From NCBI GenBank assembly GCA_964388865.1, contig CAYMDB010000002.1:1-38931 (forward strand): 38,931 nt of DNA. The letters run 5' to 3'. This stretch comes from an uncultured Flavobacteriaceae bacterium (lineage in GTDB: Bacteria; Bacteroidota; Bacteroidia; Flavobacteriales; Flavobacteriaceae). The notes beneath the pieces were generated by a model. The model worked only from the letters and a program-made list of their open reading frames with translations, was not told where the DNA came from and made no database searches. Positions 18,864 to 28,150 of the stretch are shown in pieces (the stretch's first letter is position 1; each line of letters starts with the position of its first letter). The position numbers were made by a program, and so were the translations under genes.

Positions 18864-18911
18864 AAGCGCATCTGCCGTCTTTCCCGAAGGAAACAACTTT
18901 AAAAGTTCTTC

Positions 18912-20372
18912 TTAAGTTTTCAAAAATTGTCGTAATTGCTTCTTTTCGAGCATTACAACTAATCCCAAAAATACAATTAACATTGCAATTCCTATATAAT
19001 AATTACCGCGATAGTAATAAAAAGATAACAAGGCTAAACCAATGGAGCTTATCATATAAAAGCCAATTTTCTTTAAATTATAGGGCATTGGGTAGTATTT
19101 TCTTCCGAAGTAATAGGATAAAAGCATCATCACGGCATAGGCGGCTAATGTTGCAACAGCAGAAGCCCTATAACTATACGTTTCAATAAAAAGGTAATTG
19201 ATGACTATGGTAATTATAGCGCCAACAACAGAAATGTAGGCCCCAAATTTAGTTCTGTCTGTAATTTTGTACCAAACCGAAAGATTGTGATAAATACCCA
19301 AGCAGAAATTTGCAATAAGAATGATCGGTACAATCCACATAGCTTCCCAATAAGCCTCACTTCTTATAATAAAGGGTTTTAAAATATCGGCAAACACAAC
19401 TACTGTTAGTAAAATGATGGAGCCGAAAGCCACAAAAAATTCTAAAATATTAGCGTAATTTTTTTGTGGGTATTTTGTTTTTGAATGGCTGAAGAAATAA
19501 GGTTCAATCCCCAAACGGTAAGCCGTTGCAAAAAGAGTCATAAATAAAGCGAGCTTATAACAGGCCGAATACATACCTATTTCGTTATCAGCAATATCGG
19601 GCGGCAACAATTCTTTTAATAAAATCCGATCGAAAGCCTCGTTAATAGAAAAAGAAATACCCGCAATTAAAATAGGGATGGCATAGGTGATCATTTTTTT
19701 CCACAAGCTAGAATTGAATTTGTACTTCAACTTGGTATAAAATGACAACATTAAAACTAAAGTGAAGGCACTGGCTACAAGATTGGCGATAAAGATGTAG
19801 CTAACTTCAAAATTGGGTTTGTACAGACTTTGAAACAGACTTTGATTTTGGGCTAAATCTTTTAAGGCTAATAAGAAAAACAGATTTAATCCAATATTAA
19901 TAATCACATTTAAGATCTTAACAATAGCGTATTGCATTGGTTTTTGATTGGCTCTAAGCCAGGCAAATGGGATTATTACTAGTGCATCTAGGAGTAAAAT
20001 CCAGATAACTAAGTTGATGTATTTTACATCAATATTTATAGCGTTGGCGATTTGACCTTGAAATAGTAAAGCAATTGCAAAAAATGTAAAGGATGAAATT
20101 ACTAAGGAAATGGTAGCGGTGCCTACAACGGCATCTCTATTTTCATCTTTATTGAAAAATCGAAAAAATGCGGTTTCCATGCCGTAAGTTAAAACCACGT
20201 TAAATATCACGAAGTAGGAGAATATGACTGAAACTTTACCGTATTCTGCCGGACTAGAAAGCACATCTGGACTTGTATACAAAGGCACTAATAAAAAACT
20301 CAACATTCTGGGTAGCACAGTAGCTAAACCATAAATAAATGTTTGCTTAAAAAGTGATTTAAATCCGCTCAA
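18912..20372 (-). CDS. Polysaccharide biosynthesis protein / Wzx-like oligosaccharide flippase
   Basis: About 12-14 TM; KQTFIYGLATVLPRMLSFLLVPLYT; -7 element TACTTTTG at 20393-20400. Confidence 0.88.
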   Translation of the reverse strand: MSGFKSLFKQTFIYGLATVLPRMLSFLLVPLYTSPDVLSSPAEYGKVSVIFSYFVIFNVVLTYGMETAFFRFFNKDENRDAVVGTATISLVISSFTFFAIALLFQGQIANAINIDVKYINLVIWILLLDALVIIPFAWLRANQKPMQYAIVKILNVIINIGLNLFFLLALKDLAQNQSLFQSLYKPNFEVSYIFIANLVASAFTLVLMLSFYTKLKYKFNSSLWKKMITYAIPILIAGISFSINEAFDRILLKELLPPDIADNEIGMYSACYKLALFMTLFATAYRLGIEPYFFSHSKTKYPQKNYANILEFFVAFGSIILLTVVVFADILKPFIIRSEAYWEAMWIVPIILIANFCLGIYHNLSVWYKITDRTKFGAYISVVGAIITIVINYLFIETYSYRASAVATLAAYAVMMLLSYYFGRKYYPMPYNLKKIGFYMISSIGLALLSFYYYRGNYYIGIAMLIVFLGLVVMLEKKQLRQFLKT

Positions 20373-20506
20373 TCTTTAGGACTTGTTTTTTTCAAAAGTA
20401 TTGAAATAATCTTAAACGTGTTCTCAAATATAGATTATCATTAATAGCACATCAAAAGATAAATCGATGTACAATTTGAAGCCTTTACTTAAGGAATTTA
20501 AGGCAT

Positions 20507-20537
20507 AAAAAAGCCTTACTTAAATGAGTAAGGCCTT
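20507..20537 (-). terminator. Intrinsic terminator
   Basis: GCCTTACT..AGTAAGGC stem with a T run on the minus strand. Confidence 0.75.
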
Positions 20538-20565
20538 AAGGTTATTAGACTAACTTATAATTGAT

Positions 20566-21096
20566 TTATTGTTCTTCGTCAGTGGTCGCTAATATGGTAC
20601 TTGAACTGTTTTCATAGATTGAAGGTGGGCCATTTTCATAATAAGTACCTGCAACTTCATTTAGATTCCGCACCTTAAAGTACTTGGTCTTTCCATTTTC
20701 AACATAGCTAATAGCACATTCGTAATCATTTAATGTGAATGGGTAGTCTGCAGGTTTTTCTGATTTTTTGAAAGTGTAAAGTTTAGATGCATTTTCTAAT
20801 GTTGCCACATATTTGCCATCCTTTTTAATGAGCTTTCCTTTCAAATTCCTGAAATAGACGCTGTCAATAAAAATATTTGGATTTTCATTTTCGATAGGGA
20901 TAAAGACATTAAGTCCTGTTCCCCCAACGTTTATACCAGCATACCATTCCTGAAAATAAACAGGTTTTACCTTAAGCGCGGTTGGTTGTACAAAAGTTGT
21001 TGTTGGAATGACTTCCTTGGGACTTGCACACTGATAAGTACTTGCAATTACACCTGTAAAGACAATGGCGTAAACAATTTTTTTTAGTAGTTTCAT
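20566..21096 (-). CDS. Hypothetical lipoprotein
   Basis: MKLLKKIVYAIVFTGVIASTYQC lipobox; YFQEWYAG..GGTG motif. Start at 21096 follows a promoter-like TATCTTGCA near 21121-21131. Confidence 0.8.
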   Translation of the reverse strand: MKLLKKIVYAIVFTGVIASTYQCASPKEVIPTTTFVQPTALKVKPVYFQEWYAGINVGGTGLNVFIPIENENPNIFIDSVYFRNLKGKLIKKDGKYVATLENASKLYTFKKSEKPADYPFTLNDYECAISYVENGKTKYFKVRNLNEVAGTYYENGPPSIYENSSSTILATTDEEQ

Positions 21097-21742
21097 TGTA
21101 AAATAGGTTAAGTTTTGGAAGTGCAAGATATGAAAAAAAACCATAAATACCTCAAAAAGTTATATTATTCCGATGTAATACTTTTTTTTGTAAGATTTTA
21201 GAACATTTATCTGCACTAAATTTTTCGTGGGATTACAGCAAAATAGGCTACTTCACATTGTAATTCCTATCGATTGAGTGAAGGGTAATTTGGGTAATTC
21301 ATAATCTTCCGTTCTAAACTATTTCTAATTTTGAAACTAACTATTTTTTCATTTTGAATATAATCCACTACACTATTATCTTAATTCTTTTGAAATGAAC
21401 TTATTAAAATTTTATTTGGTGACTTTGCAGATGTATTGACCGAATTGTAAGTGGCTACATGAACAAGAGCGTGGTTTGGACTTGTAGAATAGTGAGCTTC
21501 GTTCTAATTTTGCGCCCATAATGCCAATCAAATAAAACTTTTTGAGCTGCTTTGGTATAAAAATAACACCTGAACGGCTCCCTTCTTTTTTGAATTTCAT
21601 CTTTTAACATAAACCTACCTAATTTCGATAGACGCTTTGTCTCAAAGATGCTTTGCAGTATCACAGTGAACTAAACTTAGCCTAACAAGTGTAGCTCCGA
21701 TGAGTTTTAGTACTTTGATGATTTTATTATTTCAATAGTGAT

Positions 21743-21773
21743 AAAAAAACCCAACTCGTTAAAGTTAGGTTTT
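21743..21773 (-). terminator. Terminator of the atp operon
   Basis: AAAACCTAACT..AGTTGGGTTTTTTT on the minus strand. Confidence 0.75.
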
Positions 21774-21811
21774 CTGTATTCTATTGTGCTGAAAAATATG
21801 CAGCAGTACTA

Positions 21812-22672
21812 TTAATTATTTAAAGCCTCAGCACCACCAACAATTTCAAGGATTTCGTTAGTAATTGCGGCCTGACGCGCTTTATTATAGGTCAATTTTA
21901 ATTGATCTCTTAACTCTGTTGCGTTATCTGTTGCTTTGTGCATCGCTGTCATACGTGCGCCGTGCTCAGAGGCAAAAGAATCTCTAAGCGCTTTGTATAA
22001 CTGTGTCTTAAGAGATTTAGGAATTAAGGTTTCAATAATTTCTTTCTTAGAAGGTTCAAATACGTAGTCAGAATTAACGTTTACCTCACCTTCAACAGGT
22101 TCAATAGGCAAAAACTGCTCGGTTAAGATGACTTGAGTAGCAGCATTTTTAAAATGGTTGTAGACAATCTCTATTTTATCGTAGTCACCTTCAATAAATT
22201 TCTCCATTAATACTTCGGCTATCTCCGCTGCATTCTCAAAAGTTAATTCATCAAATACCTCACTTTTATTTGCAATCACTCGCTTTTGTTTTGCAAAAGC
22301 ATCGTTCGCCTTTTTCCCAATGGCAAAAACAGCTACATTCTTATTACCGTAAATTTCATTAATTAAGACATTGGTTTGTTTGATGACGTTAGAATTAAAA
22401 GCACCACACAAACCTCTATTTGAAGTTATAGCAACCACTAAAACATTGTTAACTTCTCTTTTCACGGCATACTGACTTCCTAAATCAGCATCTAATGTTG
22501 CACTTAAAGTTTGAAGTAATTCGGTAAGTTTAGTAGCGTATGGACGCATTGCTGTAACAGCATCTTGAGCCTTCTTTAACTTTGCAGCAGACACCATTTT
22601 CATGGCACTAGTAATCTGCATGGTTGATGACACCGATGCTATTCTATTACGTATTTCTTTTAAGTTTGCCAT
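21812..22672 (-). CDS. atpG: ATP synthase F1 gamma
   Basis: ITSAMKMVSAAK, RGLCG, SEHGARMTAM, RQAAITNEILEI. Confidence 0.99.
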   Translation of the reverse strand: MANLKEIRNRIASVSSTMQITSAMKMVSAAKLKKAQDAVTAMRPYATKLTELLQTLSATLDADLGSQYAVKREVNNVLVVAITSNRGLCGAFNSNVIKQTNVLINEIYGNKNVAVFAIGKKANDAFAKQKRVIANKSEVFDELTFENAAEIAEVLMEKFIEGDYDKIEIVYNHFKNAATQVILTEQFLPIEPVEGEVNVNSDYVFEPSKKEIIETLIPKSLKTQLYKALRDSFASEHGARMTAMHKATDNATELRDQLKLTYNKARQAAITNEILEIVGGAEALNN

Positions 22673-22683
22673 AGTTTCTTTTT

Positions 22684-22763
22684 TGTCATTCTCTTCCGAA
22701 GTTTCGGAATACTCAGAATCTTCATTTATATTTTCGAGATCCTGAAACGAGTTCAGGATGACA
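22684..22763. repeat. Inverted REP doublet; first copy carries a nested hairpin insertion
   Basis: TGTCATTCT[CTTCCGAAGTTTCGGAA]TACTCAGAATCT ... AGATCCTGAAACGAGTTCAGGATGACA. Confidence 0.85.
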
Positions 22764-22773
22764 CAAAACGGAC

Positions 22774-24354
22774 TTATCCTCTATACTTTGCAGAAAGATC
22801 TTTCGCTACGGTTGTTAAAATATCAATCACCTCATCTGTTAATTTTCCAGCTTTTAAGCTATCGAGCGCATCTCTATGCTTCGCATTTAAAAATTCTAAA
22901 TAGGCACGTTCAAATTCTTTCACCTTTTCTACAGGGACATCTCTTAACAAGTTTTTAGATCCTGCATATATAATAGCGACCTGATCTTCCACTTTGTAAG
23001 GATCATTTTGCGCTTGCTTTAAAATTTCAACATTACGCTTACCTTTATTAATAACATTTAAAGTAGTAGCGTCTAAATCTGAACCAAATTTAGCAAAGGC
23101 TTCTAATTCACGATACTGCGCTTGATCTAGTTTTAAGGTACCTGCTACTTTTTTCATTGATTTTATCTGTGCATTACCACCAACACGCGATACAGAAATA
23201 CCAACGTTAATTGCTGGACGAACACCAGAATTAAATAAATCACCGTCTAAGAAAATCTGACCATCTGTAATAGAAATTACGTTGGTTGGAATGTACGCAG
23301 AAACGTCACCTGCTTGGGTTTCAATAATAGGCAAAGCTGTTAGAGATCCACCTCCTTTTACCATTGGCTTGAGTACGTCTGGTAAATCGTTCATTTTTTG
23401 AGCAATAGCATCGTTATCAATGATTTTTGCAGAGCGCTCTAGTAAACGCGAGTGTAAATAGAATACGTCACCTGGATAGGCTTCACGTCCCGGTGGACGA
23501 CGTAATAATAATGACACCTCACGATAGGCTACCGCTTGCTTTGATAAATCATCATAGACAATTAAAGCTGGTCGACCTGTGTCTCTAAAGTACTCCCCAA
23601 TTGAAGCGCCTGTAAATGGTGCATAAACTTGCATTGCAGCAGGGTCAGATGCGTTAGCAGCAACAATAGTGGTGTAAGCCAAAGCTCCTTTTTCTTCAAG
23701 CGTTTTGGCAATTAAAGCCACTGTTGATGCTTTTTGGCCTATAGCTACATATATACAATACACAGGTTCACCTGCGTCGTAAAATTCTTTTTGATTTAAA
23801 ATGGCGTCAATACATACTGCAGTCTTCCCTGTTTGACGGTCACCGATTACCAACTCACGTTGTCCTCTACCAACAGGAATCATAGCATCAATAGCTTTGA
23901 TACCTGTTTGTAATGGTTCTGTTACAGGCTCTCTATAAATAACCCCAGGTGCTTTACGCTCTAGTGGCATTTCATAAGTTTCGCCAACAATAGGACCTTT
24001 ACCATCAATTGGGTTACCAAGAGTATCTACAACTCGTCCAACAATGCCTTCGCCTACATTAACAGAGGCAATACGTTCTGTACGTTTTACTATAGATCCT
24101 TCCTTTACGCCTATTGAAGCTCCTAAAAGTACAATACCAACATTATCTTCTTCAAGATTTAATACAATACCTTCTAAACCGCCTTCAAATTCTACTAACT
24201 CACCATATTGTGCGTTAGCTAATCCATAAGCACGTACTATACCATCACCTACCGTTAGGACTGTTCCTACTTCATCAAGTGAAGCGCCTGGTTCAAATCC
24301 TGAAAGTTGTTGTTTTAAGATTGCTGATATCTCAGCCGGATTTACTTCTGCCAT
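22774..24354 (-). CDS. atpA: ATP synthase F1 alpha
   Basis: [29 protein letters not shown]. Confidence 0.99.
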   Translation of the reverse strand: MAEVNPAEISAILKQQLSGFEPGASLDEVGTVLTVGDGIVRAYGLANAQYGELVEFEGGLEGIVLNLEEDNVGIVLLGASIGVKEGSIVKRTERIASVNVGEGIVGRVVDTLGNPIDGKGPIVGETYEMPLERKAPGVIYREPVTEPLQTGIKAIDAMIPVGRGQRELVIGDRQTGKTAVCIDAILNQKEFYDAGEPVYCIYVAIGQKASTVALIAKTLEEKGALAYTTIVAANASDPAAMQVYAPFTGASIGEYFRDTGRPALIVYDDLSKQAVAYREVSLLLRRPPGREAYPGDVFYLHSRLLERSAKIIDNDAIAQKMNDLPDVLKPMVKGGGSLTALPIIETQAGDVSAYIPTNVISITDGQIFLDGDLFNSGVRPAINVGISVSRVGGNAQIKSMKKVAGTLKLDQAQYRELEAFAKFGSDLDATTLNVINKGKRNVEILKQAQNDPYKVEDQVAIIYAGSKNLLRDVPVEKVKEFERAYLEFLNAKHRDALDSLKAGKLTDEVIDILTTVAKDLSAKYRG

Positions 24355-24356
24355 AA

Positions 24357-24449
24357 CATTGCCCGTGAAAACGGGTATCTTTTGGTTAATATTAATTTTA
24401 TAATAACGGTTACACTTTCAGAGATGCTTCGACTGCGCTAAGCATGACA
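24357..24449. repeat. Two REP-like hairpins of different subfamilies
   Basis: CATTGCCCGTGAAAACGGGTATCT (24357-24380) and AGATGCTTCGACTGCGCTAAGCATGACA (24422-24449). Confidence 0.8.
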
Positions 24450-24471
24450 CAACAAGTGCAACACAACGAAT

Positions 24472-25008
24472 TTAATTTAATGTAAATTCTTTTTTTAATC
24501 TATTTAATTTATCAGAGATACTGGCATTATATTGAATATCACCAACACGCAATACAAAACCACCTAAGATGCTTTCGTCTATTAGGTTTGTTAGTTCGGC
24601 CTCTTTACCCGTCAATTCTTTTACTTTCGCTAAAACTTTAGCTTTTAAGTCGTCCGTTAAAGGGATCGCCGTGGTTACCGTTGCCACTTGAGATTCTCTC
24701 ATTTGATCGTATAACAATGTATAGCTCTCAGCAACATCGTTTAAAAGTGCAAGTCGCTTGTTTTCGATTAAAGTGTCAATTAAATTAATCGTAGCGACGT
24801 TAACATTTTTAAACACCGCTAACAATACTGCCTTTTTCTCTGATGATCTCACAACAGGACTTTGAAGCATTTGACTTAAATCGGCACTTTGAGCTATGGT
24901 TTCTACCACAAGCTTCATGTCGTTGTTTAAGACATCAGTAGATTTTTGGTCTGTAGCCAAACTTAAAACGGCCTTAGCATATCGAATTGCTGCTCTCGAT
25001 CTTGACAT
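24472..25008 (-). CDS. atpH: ATP synthase F1 delta
   Basis: RYAKA, DESILGGFVLRVGD. Confidence 0.97.
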   Translation of the reverse strand: MSRSRAAIRYAKAVLSLATDQKSTDVLNNDMKLVVETIAQSADLSQMLQSPVVRSSEKKAVLLAVFKNVNVATINLIDTLIENKRLALLNDVAESYTLLYDQMRESQVATVTTAIPLTDDLKAKVLAKVKELTGKEAELTNLIDESILGGFVLRVGDIQYNASISDKLNRLKKEFTLN

Positions 25009-25013
25009 TTAAA

Positions 25014-25514
25014 CTAGTTTAAACTTGTTTCTCCTAACATGTCTTCAATCAATTTTAATTGTTTGTCTTTGTTAGATAATTCATTACGCACTACTTTTTC
25101 AGCAATTTCTAAAGATAAACCCGCTACATGACTTTTTAATTCTGCCATGGCGGCTTTCTTTTCACTTTCTATAGCCTCTTGCGCTTGTGTAATCATTTTA
25201 TTGGCTTGTAGTTGCGCCTCATTTTGCGCATCAGAAATCATTTTACTTTTAAATTCACGAGCTTCCTTTAACATGGTTTCTCTTTCTAAGCGCGCTTCTT
25301 GCAATAATCTTTGATTATCAGCTTGAAGATTTTCCATCTCCTTTTTTGCATTTTCAGCCGCATCTAAAGCACCTTGGATACCTTCTTCTCTTTCGTTTAA
25401 TGAATTGAGTATTGGTTTCCACGCAAACTTCACCATTATAAAAATTAATAACAATAATAGTATGGTTTGTACTGCAAATAACCCTGGTGAAAAATCGTTT
25501 AATAATTTATCCAT
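25014..25514 (-). CDS. atpF: ATP synthase F0 b
   Basis: N-terminal TM, KFAWKPIL, coiled coil. Confidence 0.97.
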   Translation of the reverse strand: MDKLLNDFSPGLFAVQTILLLLLIFIMVKFAWKPILNSLNEREEGIQGALDAAENAKKEMENLQADNQRLLQEARLERETMLKEAREFKSKMISDAQNEAQLQANKMITQAQEAIESEKKAAMAELKSHVAGLSLEIAEKVVRNELSNKDKQLKLIEDMLGETSLN

Positions 25515-25610
25515 CTGATTAAATAATTAAATAGTGTCTTTTTTTAATTTAAAAACACGTCCTGCAACCAACCGTTACAGGATCGTATTTTTTTAAATTT
25601 GATTTGGTTC

Positions 25611-25823
<213 letters not shown>

Positions 25824-25838
25824 TTAAAAAAACTCTGT

Positions 25839-27023
25839 TTAAATAAATTCCTTTCTTACAACTTCTGCATCAGGAATTTCGTGATCACTATCATCATGCG
25901 CATGTGCATGACCGTGGTCGTGCTCAGCTACCGCCATACCAATAAATAAGGCCGAAAGCATTGTAAAGATGTATGCCTGTAAAAACGCTACTAAAATTTC
26001 TATTAAAGTTATAAAAAACGACAATACTAAAGACAAAACTGTTGCACCCGCAACACCTAAAGCGTCTTTTAATGTAAACATAATTGCAATTAAACTCATC
26101 ACAACAATGTGGCCTGCAGAAATGTTTGCAAATAAACGAACCAATAATGAAAATGGCTTAATTAGAAAAGCACCAGCCAATTCTATAACTGCCAACACGG
26201 GTCTTATTAGGATGGGTACACCTGGCATCCATAATATATGCTCCCAATAGTCTTTATTCCCACTTGCCGTGTATATAATAAGGGTGAAAATTGCCAAACA
26301 AGCCGTGACCGCTAATTGACCTGTAACATTAAATCCAAATGGAGTTAAACCCAGTAGATTTAATAACCATATAAAAAAGAAAACCGTTAATAAGTAGCCT
26401 GTAAATTTTCGGTAATGTTTCTCTCCGATGTTTGGTCTAGCGATTTCATCTCTAACATAAAGGACCAGTGGTTCTAATACGCGTCCAAATCCCGTTGGTA
26501 TTTGTTTGTTTTTATATTGTTTAGCTAAGCTCGAAAACCAAAAAAGCATTAACAAACCAATAACCAAAACACCGATGACACTTTTAGTAATTGAGAAATC
26601 TAGAACTTTATGAGCGTTAGTAGCGTGCTGCTCTTCATCTAAACGCACTTCTGAAGCACCTGCCTCTAATTCATATATTTTTGAATGAATTTTAGCAAAC
26701 CGTAAACCGTTTTTTTCTACAATAACACTACCGTCATCATTATGGTGAAATTCTGAAGACATAAAGGTAACTAAACCTTCAGAGGTCCAAATAATTACTG
26801 GAAGCGGGAAACCAAAATGCTTACGTTCACCCTCATCATTTGTATATGAAAATAATGTAAAGTCGTGAGCGTCTTGTATGTGGTGCAAAATATACTTCTC
26901 AACCTCTTTTTTTGAGTTTACACGACCTTCGCCTTCCTCAGAAGAATTTGCGTAAATAACCGTCGAGGAAAACGCTAAAACTATAAGTGCTAAAAATTTA
27001 AAACTTTGTTGAAATATCTTCAT
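25839..27023 (-). CDS. atpB: ATP synthase F0 a (Bacteroidota long form)
   Basis: SLLVRLFANISAGH, LQAYIFTMLS; promoter TACTTTTG at 27064-27071. Confidence 0.97.
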   Translation of the reverse strand: MKIFQQSFKFLALIVLAFSSTVIYANSSEEGEGRVNSKKEVEKYILHHIQDAHDFTLFSYTNDEGERKHFGFPLPVIIWTSEGLVTFMSSEFHHNDDGSVIVEKNGLRFAKIHSKIYELEAGASEVRLDEEQHATNAHKVLDFSITKSVIGVLVIGLLMLFWFSSLAKQYKNKQIPTGFGRVLEPLVLYVRDEIARPNIGEKHYRKFTGYLLTVFFFIWLLNLLGLTPFGFNVTGQLAVTACLAIFTLIIYTASGNKDYWEHILWMPGVPILIRPVLAVIELAGAFLIKPFSLLVRLFANISAGHIVVMSLIAIMFTLKDALGVAGATVLSLVLSFFITLIEILVAFLQAYIFTMLSALFIGMAVAEHDHGHAHAHDDSDHEIPDAEVVRKEFI

Positions 27024-27112
27024 TGTTATAAAATCAAAAAAACTAGTCTTTCCAAATTCCGTGCAAAAGTACGTAATTTATTAAAATAACAATATCTTTT
27101 TATTCTTATAAT

Positions 27113-27505
27113 TCAGACCTGATTTTTCCTAATGATTTTTACTACAAAAAACACCTCTAAACCTAGGAATACTAGTAAAGGAATTAAAAGGCTTAAGCGC
27201 TCTATTGTGGTTAAAACGTCTAAACTGAATACTTCAGTTTTAAAAGCGAAAAAGAATATGATCCCTTTTATAAATAATGTTGGTAAATAGACAAAACCTA
27301 ACTGGGCCTCTAAGCTCTTAAATAAAGAAAAAAATTGAAAATGAATACATATAATTAAAGATGCTAAAGCAAAAAACAGGTTCGTATACAAAACATCAAA
27401 TCTTACAGAACTGCTAAGTTGATGGAGTATAAATTCCTGAGAAAAATGAACCACTAAAAATAAAACGACGAAGGCAAAACAATAAACAATAAGTGTTTTA
27501 AGCAT
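27113..27505 (-). CDS. Four-TM membrane protein (DUF6168 / AtpI-like)
   Basis: Hydrophobic, upstream of atpB. Likely start MLKTLIVY overlaps the upstream gene's end. Confidence 0.7.
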   Translation of the reverse strand: MLKTLIVYCFAFVVLFLVVHFSQEFILHQLSSSVRFDVLYTNLFFALASLIICIHFQFFSLFKSLEAQLGFVYLPTLFIKGIIFFFAFKTEVFSLDVLTTIERLSLLIPLLVFLGLEVFFVVKIIRKNQV

Positions 27506-27752
27506 CTTCTTTAGAAACTTTAATAACCTGTGCAATCACTAAATACATGGCTATAAATACAGAAATGAGCGTTACTGTAGATTCCCAAAACTCTTTATTG
27601 AACTTTGCATCTAGCCATTGCCCTAAGTAATGCCCTAAAAAAATGGTGCCCCCCATTTGAAAGGCAACTGACGTAAACCTTAGAAATTTATCGGGCTTTA
27701 TATTTGTTTTCGACGGTTTGGGTTTCGGCGGTTGCTTGTTTGGTTGACTCAT
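27498..27752 (-). CDS. AtpZ/AtpI family protein
   Basis: FQMGGTIFLGHYLGQWLD motif, two TM. Confidence 0.88.
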   Translation of the reverse strand: MSQPNKQPPKPKPSKTNIKPDKFLRFTSVAFQMGGTIFLGHYLGQWLDAKFNKEFWESTVTLISVFIAMYLVIAQVIKVSKEDA

Positions 27753-28134
27753 TAGTTAAAGATTTCACGGTTCCTTTCATACTGCACGTTGCATTGAATG
27801 TGGCACCTGGTTCAACGGCCAATTTAGTGATATGTACTTCGCCTTCAATATGCGCTGTAGATTTTAAAGTTAAGGTACCTGATAAAATAAGCTTACCCGA
27901 AAATTTACCTTCAAAATCGGCATTTTCACCTTGCAGTGTTCCTTTAATAAATCCTGATTTACCAACAACTACTTTACCCGAAGTTTTTACATTACCCTCT
28001 ATGGTACCATCGATTCTAAATGGGCCTTGGCTAGCTAAATCACCGACTATTTTTGTGCCCTTAGCTATGACATTCTGTTGCGTACTTGTTTCCATAATGG
28101 TCTGTTTTGATTTTTTATTGCTTGGAGAAAACAT
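27688..28134 (-). CDS. Bactofilin (polymer-forming cytoskeletal protein)
   Basis: IAKGTKIVGD..RIDGTIEG..LAVEPGATFNATC beta-helix. Confidence 0.93.
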   Translation of the reverse strand: MFSPSNKKSKQTIMETSTQQNVIAKGTKIVGDLASQGPFRIDGTIEGNVKTSGKVVVGKSGFIKGTLQGENADFEGKFSGKLILSGTLTLKSTAHIEGEVHITKLAVEPGATFNATCSMKGTVKSLTNESTKQATAETQTVENKYKAR

Positions 28135-28150
28135 GTTAAGTTTTTTTAAA

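Noticed and set aside
18864-18896. N-terminal extension of dut
   Set aside because: Short intergenic hairpin remnant (TTTCCCGAAGGAAA). The typical Dut start is MKIKIIN.
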